A DNA stretch of 64,000 bases from the human T2T-CHM13v2.0 reference genome, Homo sapiens, in the NCBI RefSeq assembly GCF_009914755.1, contig NC_060931.1, one strand, 5' to 3'. The translations under genes and the position numbers were made by a program. Below are positions 53,206 to 64,000 of the stretch, in pieces. How positions within the stretch are numbered: the stretch's first letter is position 1; each line of letters starts with the position of its first letter. The notes under the pieces were generated by a model. It had not been told where the DNA came from and made no database searches. It saw nothing but the letters and a program-made list of their open reading frames with translations.

Positions 53206-54328
53206 TAATTCAAAGGATGTTATTAGATTGGAGGAGAAACTGGATGCAGACTTGGGTTCTCTTCCTCAAGATAAACTGCTGTGTATGCCTTCATTCTCAT
53301 CTTTATCCTCCCACAGTCGGGTAAAGGAATTATGTGAGTATATGAAGGGACAAGCTCTCAGAAGGCACTGAGAAGAAAGTGCAGAATGGAGACAGATCTC
53401 ACCTGACTCTAGCAAATGCCAAAAAGCAAGGAAAAAGACCCTTGATCTCATGGTACGGACCTCTTAGGACAGGTTATCTGACTTGTGGGAACTCCACTCT
53501 TGGTAGATCTGGATCAAAGCTAGAGAGTGCATATTTTAGCTGGTAGTTAGGGTCACAAAAAACATTATGTTAATTTATAGATCACAGTCCCCTTTATAGT
53601 TTATGTTATACATAATGCTATAGATAGCACTGCAGTTTATTGATTTCTAATTTCTGAATGCAGAAAACTTTGGGGGATATATAAACAAATAATGAAAAGT
53701 ACTTGAAATTGCATTGCAAGTGTCAGTTATTATCATGCTAACAAATTTACTTTTTTGTTACTTAAAATTTCCAATGCCTTAAAAATTAGAAGCATACTAT
53801 TTAATGTGAATAATTTTTGTAGGTGGCTTTGTCCATGAAAACCACATTTGTACTAATACTCATTCAACAGAGAATTTGAAGCAGGCCATACTTAATTTGC
53901 TCCTCTGTTTTATGGACAGGAAAGCAGAGATATGGGTGATCTACTAGAAGTCCACACAGGTCAACCATGTGGGGTTTGAATTAGAATGCAGGTGCTCCCA
54001 GCTCAATCACAGCAATAGATAATCCCACGCAATTATGTTTCCTCACATTTGGAAAGTCACACCTGAGTATTCAAAGCAAGTAATTGGTCCCAGTAACTTA
54101 CTTTCCCAGTAACTTAATGGGCTGTTTCTGAATTCACTTGACCTCTGTATCATGGACTTTCAGCTGTGCCATCTCATCAAAGGCCTCAGAACATTGTACG
54201 GGGGGTAGTTTGCCCCTAAAAAAGGAGCTTATGGGACTGTGCTGATTGCTTAAGCACGAGAACAGATGTTTATTTCAAGGCCACATTCCTCATGCTTCAG
54301 AACATTGCTTCCCTGAGACTTCCCTAAG

Positions 54329-55176
54329 ACAGTGGTTTTCAAGTGGGTGTACACATAACCCTGTCTATGGAAATACTTTCTAAGGGATGGGCATATAAGT
54401 AGTTTTGAGTGTCAATTATCGAGTTCTTAATCTCTGTATATTCTCTTTTCTAAGACTGATCTGTCTTACAACTTGTCTGAGGTGTGCGGAGCTCTCTTTT
54501 CTCTAACTCCTGTTCATAAACACCCTTCTCCCACTTTACAAAAGAACAAACAAAACAAAAGCCCACCTCTCATTCATCTTGGATAGAGCATCTTTTGGGG
54601 ATATAAAGAACCTCTTGGCTCCAAACACTAGGACTTGTTGGCAAAGCGAATGACTCTAATGACCAGTTAACAAAGCTTTGTGCAAGTCTGGTGGTTTCCA
54701 GTTCTTTGCTTTCAACAACATTGTAGGAGGGTCTAAATAAGTTGTTAAGCTGAAAAATTACACATAATTCTTAATGATCAATCATCATGTGATTTTTGAC
54801 ATATAACTAGGGAGGAATTTATAGAACCGAGGGAAATAACTATAATAAAACTCCAATTTCACCTACTTTTAAATATAAACATGTTTTTTCAGCAATGAGG
54901 TCAGAAAAAACAAAATTATGAATAGAAGTGAGGGTGATAGTTGTGTACTTCTTGCAAAATAGAATCTTTGAGCATGGATACATGAACTAGTTAAAATAAA
55001 GAAAAACAGAAAAAAAAAAACCCAAAACAAAATACTTCATTCATCTCATTAAGAGAAGCATTTGGAAAAAAAAAAGCTTTACTTTAACTACTTAGGAATT
55101 ATTAGAATTCATAATGTAGTTATGTTGTCTTGGCCAATTGTGAGTTGATAATAATTGCAATAATTCAATCCAGAAG

Positions 55177-55221
<45 letters not shown>

Positions 55222-55400
55222 AATTTCAAGTTTTACTCCCTGGGACTTTTATTAAGATTTACATTTTTATACCATTTTTTCCCCCTGAGAATTGTAATGC
55301 TGTGATTATAAAAATTCTCAAGTAAAGAGGTATTACGTTGGATTTAAGTTATTTCCTTATTTTTGGGAAGGGAAATGGAAATATAGTTAAAGCACATGAC
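54329..55400 (+). mobile_element. hAT-Charlie DNA transposon remnant with decayed transposase C-terminus
   Basis: Starts cagtggttttcaa (Charlie TIR); 54790-55052 resembles a decayed hAT dimerisation region ending tcatctcattaa (S-H-stop); right boundary uncertain. Confidence 0.6.
55179..55218. repeat. (GT)20 microsatellite
   Basis: Seen directly. Confidence 0.97.
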
Positions 55401-56534
55401 AAAAAAGATACAGAATTTCTAATTGTTACATTTCTGCCAATTATTCAATGAAGGATGTCTAGTTGATCATTTAGCTTTTTGTGACTTCATGTTCTCATGT
55501 TTACAGTGGAGGGGTTGGATAATCACCATTTATTATTTTAGCTGCTGAACTCTTTATTCAGATGGAATCTTAAAATCTGAATGATGAGAAAGTATTCTTA
55601 GACCAATTTTTTTTTGTAAGTAAGGGCAATAACATATTTTTCAAATGACTATCTTAGTTCTAAAGTCTATTCCCTTTTCTCAACTAGGGAAGGTAGAGAG
55701 AAAAAAGGGATATCTGATAGAAAAGGGAGAATGAGGTCCTCTCAACTACTGAATTTTCCAGTTTCCTGAGCATTCTGAATTTGTAAACCATTTAAAATAC
55801 TCAGCTTAGGAAGTTGTTGTTAAATAACATAAAGACAATTACCCTGGAGACTAAGAGATGAAGTTAATCATTATTTTCCATAGAAAGTTTTCTAGGAGAA
55901 TAATTTTAGGTTAGGATTTGTGGTTAAGGTATCAAAAATGAAAACATCAAAGCAAAAAATTGAGACTTTGATTTTAAAATTCATTCAGACAATCTGACCA
56001 GATAAACCTCCTCTATTAGGGTTTAGGGCTTGACGAAGACCTTATTAAATAAAGTTAATGGAAAATGCAAAGCCAATGCAGCTATGTATCTTTATAACCT
56101 AACTGAGATGTAAACACCATGAACAGTGTTTAAATATTACCATGATAAGTACATTCAAGAGATGCTATCCAGGAGCTAACCTATCCAAAATGACCACATG
56201 CTGCTGATAGAGCAGTGCTTTAAACAGCACAAATAGGCAATTCAGTTTCAATCACTAAAAATCTCATCTTCTGAAGAGATCAGACTGGCAATATAATTAA
56301 ATGCAATAATTTGCTTCAGAACATAAATGATAGAGTTCATCATTTGTTGCACTTTAGCTAAATACAACAATATATCAAAATGTGAGGTGGAATCTTTTTT
56401 TATTTAGAATAGAATATTTAATCAGCTTTATTTTGAAAAATAATGACTTGGTTAGACAGCATTTACTACATATTCTATGTATATGGTTTTGTTTTCCCTT
56501 TAAAGAAAAATTAGTGAAAAGAATTGTCAATTTA

Positions 56535-56841
<307 letters not shown>

Positions 56842-56923
56842 GTCTTGTCAATTTGGTCAATGTTGGCCACTTCAGTATTTTTAGAATTCACAATAATTAT
56901 AACCAAGCATTTCCATTTGGGCT

Positions 56924-56926
<3 letters not shown>

Positions 56927-56974
<48 letters not shown>
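56927..56974. repeat. (CA)24 microsatellite
   Basis: Seen directly. Confidence 0.97.
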
Positions 56975-56976
<2 letters not shown>

Positions 56977-57580
56977 AGAGACAGAGTTTTGTGACAATTG
57001 CTAAAGGGTATCCGACAAGAACAATATCTGAATGCGATGGCAAAACACCTACTTGATATATTCAAATAACTAAAATGCATTGATGTTTTTGTCTGAATCA
57101 TCTGCATAATTTGCACATGTGACCTTCTTGTTGTTTACTTAGCTACTACTATGGTTCAGCTGCAAAGAGTGCACCTGTGATACCAGCTCCTAGCAATCCA
57201 ACACCAATAATCTTGATTCTGCAAATTTTCACTTCCAAGAAGTTTACAAAACACATCTGTAATATTTAAAGGTAAATTTTTAATTTATACCTGCTTCTAC
57301 TTATCTCTGAGGAAGAAAAAATGATTAGACATGTATAATTTAAATATTTGAAGGAAGAAGCCATTATGAGTGAGTCTAAAATTAGCAAACCAACACAAAA
57401 CAAGATATAAAAGCTTGAAAATTACTTAATTTCAAAATATATTTCTACAAATGGAGTAAATATGCTGAGTGTATGTGAAAACACTATGTATAAAAGCAAG
57501 TCCATCCTGAGATTTTTCAAACAAGTTGAAGAAAATTCTTTTTAAAAAAGGCAAAAAGCCATTAACAGAGTGTTAACACT

Positions 57581-57594
57581 GCGCCACCTTATGG
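57581..57594 (-). promoter_or_regulatory. Candidate CTCF binding motif
   Basis: Minus strand reads CCATAAGGTGGCGC, 12/14 match to CCASYAGRKGGCRS, in unique DNA with retained CpGs. Confidence 0.45.
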
Positions 57595-58424
57595 AGAACT
57601 TGTCAACTCCTAAGAAATGCGCTCAAGAACTTAAAACGTGTATTTCATCAGGGAGGGTTCTAAGAGCCTTTGTCAGGGATGAAGCTCTGGATATATGCAG
57701 GCAAAACTTTTCCAACTCATTTGACAAGCGATGTCCCTATTTATTACCGAGGACTTTTTGATTACATGATTCACATGCTCATAATCAATTCTTAAATGTT
57801 CAAACAACCATAACAACAACTTCTTTACAGGTTTTTTTAGTGCCAGTTATTTTGGGATCCATTTCCACAAATACGATAGTAACTTTATTTGTAGGCACCA
57901 GGTCAAAAGTGACAGGAAAAGTAAAGAGGAATTTGGTAAAATCTTGTAGGAGCTTCTGGTCTACCATCCCCTGACCCTTTGGGAAACAAATTTAAGAACC
58001 ACCCTTTGTGGGGAGCATCTCCTGGATGGAGAGGATGGAAGGTGCCAGTGACCTCTACTGTCAGCAAAGGTATCTGTAGTTTTGGACTGTAGGAGTCAAA
58101 TTCTGCAGTATTTTGCTTTATTTTACAGATAACACAAATGTGAAATTATATCCTGCTGATACAGTGTGTTAAGCCCATTTAAGTAGAGATTTCATATTTT
58201 GGTAAATATGATTGAGATATATTTTCAATATAGATGACACAAATTAAGAAAAAGGTCTGTCAGCAGTCAGTGAAATGGATAATCATAATAAAAAGAACAG
58301 GACATTATATTGAAATATTTACCCTGAAATCAAAGAATGTCAATGTGGCAAAGAATGTGCAGAGCATGTCGACCTCGTGGCTACAAAGATACACACTAAA
58401 ACTCAGGAGGTGAAGTGATAGGAA

Positions 58425-58738
58425 TAGTTTAATGCAGAGAAAAGCTTGAGTCATCACATTCTAGCCTTGCCATTTATCAGCTGAGTGATCTTGGGCATTG
58501 TTCATTAGCCCTTCAGACTAAATTTTCTCATCTGTACAAGGTAAATGTATTACCTAACTTAGAAAGTGGCTATGAAAATTAAATAAGGTAAAATGCCCAG
58601 CTCAACTTCTCAAAACCAAACAGTTGCTCAGTAAATATTATGAGCTTACCAAAGTCACAAAACCTGTTGGCAGAGCTGGAGATGGAACTCGGGTGTCCTA
58701 ATAGTTTATGTGATGCCCTTTCCAAGGCCACACTGTTT
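58425..58738. mobile_element. Two adjacent MIR fragments in opposite orientation
   Basis: Plus: cagctgagtgatcttgggca...ttttctcatctgtacaa; minus: ccaaagtcacaaaacctgttggcagagctggagatggaactcggg. Confidence 0.65.
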
Positions 58739-59564
58739 CAGGTCTTACATTAAGTCATTTAAAGCTAAGATTCAGCTTTATTGGTATGCAAATGAATGGG
58801 CCTACAAATATGATTTCAACTAAAACTAAGGTTAAATACTGATCTTTGTGAACCCATTGATAGGCTATATTTTATTCAGCACCGTCTTTACAAAAGCCAC
58901 TTTCATGGCCTAGAGTATGGCTGAATCCGGTTTGATATAAAACCTTTATATTAAACCACATCTCTGTAATTACTCCTCTTTGGTCTTTTCCCATGTTCTC
59001 TAGAGGTTAGAACTAGAAGCCTAATTTCTTTGACAATTAGCATTATCTCCAAACATGAATATAGCACATTAATAGATTGTTATATTAAAGAGAATTTGTG
59101 AATCTCAAATAACAAGAAATTGACAGAGCTCATAGGAAGAAATGCTCAAGTAGAGTTCCCCTCTTCCCTGTGTAGCACTCCTCCCTGGTAAAAAGGGGAT
59201 TTATTTTGTCCAGATAGACATGGTGGGCCATATTCAGTGTAGCACATATCACAACTTTTGGGAAAGACCCGAGAAATTCTTCCTCACTGAATGAGATAAA
59301 CATAGCACTTGTTTCTATGGCAATGGTAAAACAACAATGTATCCATCTGTCTGGCTACATAATGGACACCTGACCTCACACCTTCTTCTTTCAAAATATA
59401 TCACGTTATTTTAGAGGGAAAAAGTTTTCAAATAAAATGACTTTTATCCAATTATGGGTTATTTTAAAAATCTGCTATCTCTTTTCTCATCGAATTTCAC
59501 CCATGGTGGAGATATTTCACTGACAAGATGTTGATTGTCATTCTGTGGAAGACAGTGTAGATTG

Positions 59565-59690
59565 GTTTGTGTTGCTCCATCAAAGGTGCAAATCAGAGGT
59601 AGGGAGATTTTGGTTCAATATGTCAAAGAGTTTCCAGAGCTGCTCAACAAGGGAAGAGCTGGGAGATCCTGAGGAGGTACTGGGTATTAA
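59565..59690 (+). mobile_element. L3/CR1 fragment
   Basis: agattttggttcaatatgtcaaagagtttccagagctgctcaacaagggaagagctg...gaggaggtactg. Confidence 0.45.
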
Positions 59691-59858
59691 GGACAGGATC
59701 CTTTAACAGACAGAAGTTTGGTCCAGATAATGAGCAAGATCACTTGTTACATGAACGTTCTGTGGTGCTAGGTTTACAAAATGCATGCCATAGAAAGATG
59801 TTAATGAAAACTTACCCTTTTTTTTTTGCACAACAAATTTTGGAGGCAGATTAATACA

Positions 59859-60076
59859 AATGGTAAAGACACAGAGTGGGGTCAGACTTCCTGACAGCTC
59901 TGTCAATAAGCTCTGCTCATTATTAGCTGTATCACTTGGGCAAGTTACTGACGGTTTCTGTGCCTCAATGTCCCCATTTGGAAAATGGGGCTAATAACAG
60001 CATATATTTATAGTGTTGTTATGATGATTCTATGAGTGAGTACATGCGAAGTGCTTTGAAAAGCACTTGGTTCAGA
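59859..60076 (+). mobile_element. MIR
   Basis: ttattagctgtatcacttgggcaagttactgacggtttctgtgcctcaatgtccccatttggaaaatggggctaataa. Confidence 0.8.
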
Positions 60077-61104
60077 TTAATCTTCTGTACTCTTCCACCA
60101 AATGTTAGTGTCTTCTTCTCCACAAAATTATATCATATTTGACTATACAAAAGGATGTCTGTGTGATCCAAAAGCAAGCAGGGATGGTAACTACATGGTA
60201 CAAATCCATGCTATCCCACTGTATTGCCATGATAGATATTGCCTTCTAACACGTCACTAAATCCCACTGCACCTAGATGTGACCTCAGCATCCTTCTCAA
60301 AGCAGAGATCTAGAGCAGACAAATGAAAAGAAACCTATTTGTCATTTCTGCTTTTGTTAGTTTGTTTAAGAAATCTGGATTTAAACTTTAACTGTAAAAC
60401 TTGTCAGGGTCAGAGATTAAACCTTCCATTGCTATATGTACTCCACTTTTTGCTTTAGTGTGACATTTTCACGTGGATTTGTCAAATTACCACAAGACTG
60501 CTTTTATCTGTTTATTTTTTATATGAGAAGTTGTACATTTTTAATAAGCCATCATGAAAATTAGTGTATAAAATATGCTTTGTTGGAAACATCATTTCTA
60601 TTACAAGTCATGTGTTAGACAATATATTTATTTCTCATGAAATTCTATTTCCTAGAGTTTGGCAAGTAAGGTTTTCAACACTTGCTAGAATATATCTGTT
60701 TCTATTTCTTATAGAATAAGAACCACCTTACATATGCAAATTTTCCTTAAAGAAAGGAAAGAGATCAAAGAAGATAGAAGCTAGACAGTACAAGTGACCT
60801 CAATGATTAAAGTTAACCCTGTCATAATTCATTTCCAACAAGGGATTTATACTGATCTTTTACCCTTTCTGGTCATGAGAACAAGGTAGCTAAACCTACG
60901 GGAGGCAGGGATGAGAAAGGACTATAGCAATACAGAGTCCAGCAATAGCACATTGGGAAGAGCAGAAAGTTTAAGACCCATTAGCAGGCTTATTTCCAGT
61001 TTAATCTAAGCACTACGTTCCAAAGGGAAGACCCATTTCCCAGGTTAGGATAAGTGCAGAATTCTGAAAGCAAAGATGATAGATGTTCAAATTGCCAGGC
61101 CATG

Positions 61105-61125
61105 TATATATATATATATATATAT
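61105..61125. repeat. (TA)10 microsatellite
   Basis: Seen directly. Confidence 0.9.
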
Positions 61126-61159
61126 TATACGTACATGTCATTTTAGAAAGTACACAATA

Positions 61160-61388
61160 TCACTATTTGAGCACTTATTCTGCACTAGTCATGTGCTGAG
61201 AACCTTAATCATTCAGTCTTTATTGACACAGTAAATCTGAGAGCTAGGATCATCCCTATTGATTATGTGAGAAAACTGAAGCATGAGAAAATTAAATTGT
61301 TTTTTGTAGGCCATATTGGCAGTAACTAGCAAGACCAAGACTTGATCTTAGAATCTCTGACTCCAGAGTCTGGGTACTGACCCCACTG
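61160..61388 (-). mobile_element. MIR
   Basis: ttgagcacttattctgcac...tgagaaaactgaagcatgagaaattaaa...ctctgactccagagtc. Confidence 0.7.
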
Positions 61389-63456
61389 AGGGGACAGGCG
61401 ATGCTGGTTACAGGGAATTGCTAGGTTCCATCTCCCTTGGGCTTGAGGGCTGCTGGGAACTTCTGTGTAAGCAGGTCCCAGCCAGATGAGAGGGGATGTC
61501 AAACAGGCATACTACTCATGTGTCAGTACTCTGCAGAGCACTGGAGAACTCCTCGGATGAATAAAAGGAGGTCAGGGTTTGATAGTTGGAAGGGGACTTT
61601 TATCTGATCATGCTCCAGCAATGCCCCATCATTTCTGTGCTTGAAAACAGTGTGGATACAGTTAATGCAGGGTCCTGAGGCACTATGGATGTGCTAGAAA
61701 AAGGCTGACTCATTACTCTCAAACTAGCTATGGGGAAGAAATAACAAGCCTGCATACTCCTGGGGTCATCTGGAATAGACAGGAAAGGACTAGGGTTAGC
61801 AGTCCAAATAAATTTGATAGTGGTTTAAACTGCAAAAAGTCATTTATGGAGAAGGAAACAACAACAACAACAACAAAAACCCTAAGCATTTTGAATGATG
61901 TCTACCTTCCAGTTGTTTTGAAAGGATTTACCATTTCAACCATTTATCAAATGGGAAACATTGAATTCCAAACTTGGCAAATAGTTTATTGGTACAGTCC
62001 AGTAATTATATCAAAAAAAGTGGCATAGATTAAGCACAGCACTGAGTTTATCATATGTTTATTAAAACGGGTAGAAGCATAAAGCTAACATATAATCTGA
62101 AATCATATTTTTAAAAACAGGTCTTAATAAACAAGAACTTGATAGGAAGGAAACTAGACTTGGGCTGATCAGTGGACAGATATTTATCGCATTTATGAAT
62201 GAACAAGTTTTTCTGCCCTATTTTTATTTTAATGAAAACAGTCATGTCCATTGAGATCTTTTAGAACAATAATGAAAAGAGTAAAACTCTTCTGTAATAC
62301 AGAGGTGACTCAAATAGCAATTGCTTGGGACAGATATTTCACACTGTAGGGCTTCCCTTAACCAAATACTGCATCCTGCAAAGAGTTCCTAAATGAACAT
62401 GGCCATGGAATTATTTCTGAATCCATTGAGGTTATCCTTAAGTCATCAAGATACTTGGGGATACTTGAATTTTTTTCTCCAGGGTAACTGTTTGCTTTAA
62501 AACAGTAGAGTAGGGATGGAGGATGAAAACAGAAATGGAATTTGGATAGACCTTATTATCAGTGGCCTGATATTGGCATGAAAGCAAAGCCTGACCCTAA
62601 AGGGCACTGATATTCTTCAGTCAGATATAAGTGAGAAGTATTTTCCTGGATTTCTGAGATCCTCTTCAAGAACAACTGGTCTACACTGTTTGAGTTCAAA
62701 TGTCTTTAAATGTCTTTCACTTTTTCATTAAAATTTGCTCTAAAATATTTTCCATTATATTTTTTTCTGATTGCCTTTAACAAAATACATATTTTAAATT
62801 ATGAAATCTAAACTGGAGATAACTTTTGTTTTGTAATTTATTTTATGTGTAAAAGTTTTCCCTCATACCCATTCTACTTCTCCAACATAACTTCTCAGAA
62901 GTAGAAACAGTTAATAATTTCAGGTTTACCATTCTAGACATTTTTCTGTGCACATAGGCATGTGTAGAATGTATAATTTTACACAACAGGATCTTTTTTA
63001 TCTATATATATATATTTTTTCCTGAAACTTTCTTTTTACTTAATATATGATGACCATATTTTCATGTCAGTACATATAGATCTGCCTCATTCTTTTGAAA
63101 TAGGTGTATGGCATAATACATTTGAGTATTTCCCTATTGATTGGCATTTAGGCAATATCCGTCTTTGAAATACTACAAATGATATTGCAAAGAATATTCT
63201 AGATGCACCTAAAGATATGTACAGAAAGACTCGCATTTCTGTAGGGTAGAAAATATGTAGAAATGCTGGGCCAAAGCATATGGGATTTGTAATTTTCACA
63301 AGTAATACTAAATTTTCTGCTTCTCTTTGATTATTAGTGAGGCTAAATGTCTTATCATAACTACCTTGGCCATTTGGTTCATCTCCCATGACTTCCTACA
63401 TTTTGTCCTTTTTATTTTGAATTTATAGAAACTCTTTTTACCTCAGTGTTTAATAA

Positions 63457-63820
63457 CTTTGGAGTCAGAGACATCTGAATTTGAATCCCAGTTTTGCCTC
63501 TTTCTTGCTAGATGACTGGCACTTTACCAAATGTCTCCAATCTCAGACTGCTTATGTATAAAATGAAGATAATAAGAGTACACATCTGATAGTTTTTATT
63601 TCTTTAAAAAATTTAAAAATTGACAAATTAATATTATATATATATTTATGGTATGCAACTTTATGTTTTGATATATGTATACATTGTGGAATGGCTAAAT
63701 CAAGCTAATTAACATATACAAGAAAAAAATGATAGTTTTTAAGTCTTAAAAATAACATGGTGATTGTAAATTTTTAGTATGGTGCTTGGTACAGAATATG
63801 TGTTCAATGAATATTATTTG
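63457..63820 (+). mobile_element. MIR split by an L1MA insertion
   Basis: ctttggagtcagagacatctgaatttgaatcccag...tataaaatgaagataataa | ...atggtgcttggtacagaatatgtgttcaatgaat. Confidence 0.7.
63599..63720 (-). mobile_element. L1MA (MA5-8-like) 3' end, 5'-truncated
   Basis: aattgacaaa...tatatttatggtatgcaac...atatatgtatacattgtggaatggctaaatcaagctaattaacata; 12-bp TSD tgatagttttta at 63587 and 63730. Confidence 0.85.
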
Positions 63821-63831
63821 TTCTATACATC

Positions 63832-63891
63832 GTGAATACTTTTTCCATGCTGTTAGTTGATTGTGAATACTTTTTCCATGCTGTTAGTTGA
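63832..63891. repeat. 31-bp-period tandem duplication (29 bp identical)
   Basis: gtgaatactttttccatgctgttagttga at 63832 and 63863. Confidence 0.95.
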
Positions 63892-64000
63892 CATATTATT
63901 ATTTTCAGAAATTATCACCATATAGAAATTTTATATTTAGATATAGTCAAGTCTCATTCTCTCTTTATCTTTTGGCTTTTGGGTTTTGTGTTATGTTTAT

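Larger units (their letters stand above)
62755..64000 (-). mobile_element. Old L1ME (3' UTR/ORF2 end), interrupted by a MIR and an L1MA
   Basis: ttcatgtcagtacatatagatctgcctcattctttt...tccctattgattggcatttagg...tgctgggccaaag...tatagtcaagtctc. Confidence 0.7.

Overview
AT-rich, CpG-depleted primate (most likely human or ape) genomic DNA, either intergenic or deep intronic. I find no credible protein-coding gene, tRNA/rRNA gene or CpG island. The supplied ORFs are short and mostly random or derived from Alu, LTR, L1 or microsatellite sequence. The window is a mosaic of interspersed repeats: 7 Alus (J, S and Y types), solo LTRs (THE1C, THE1D, MSTA, LTR9-like, MLT1), truncated young L1PA and old L1M fragments, many MIR/L2 pieces, and DNA transposons (full-length Tigger3b, MER5A/B, MER82, MER94, MER103C, MARNA, a Charlie transposase remnant). 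Several of these are nested. Subfamily calls come from my recollection of consensus sequences, not a RepeatMasker run, and boundaries of old repeats are approximate. I see no convincing new biological system. The best leads are an exact 38-bp dispersed duplication, a long imperfect hairpin near 42.7 kb, a strongly bounded non-coding exon candidate on the minus strand near 51 kb, a CpG-retaining CTCF-like cluster near 57.6-58.1 kb, a templated insertion inside an Alu, and an LTR9-like element with intact octamer and YY1 motifs.
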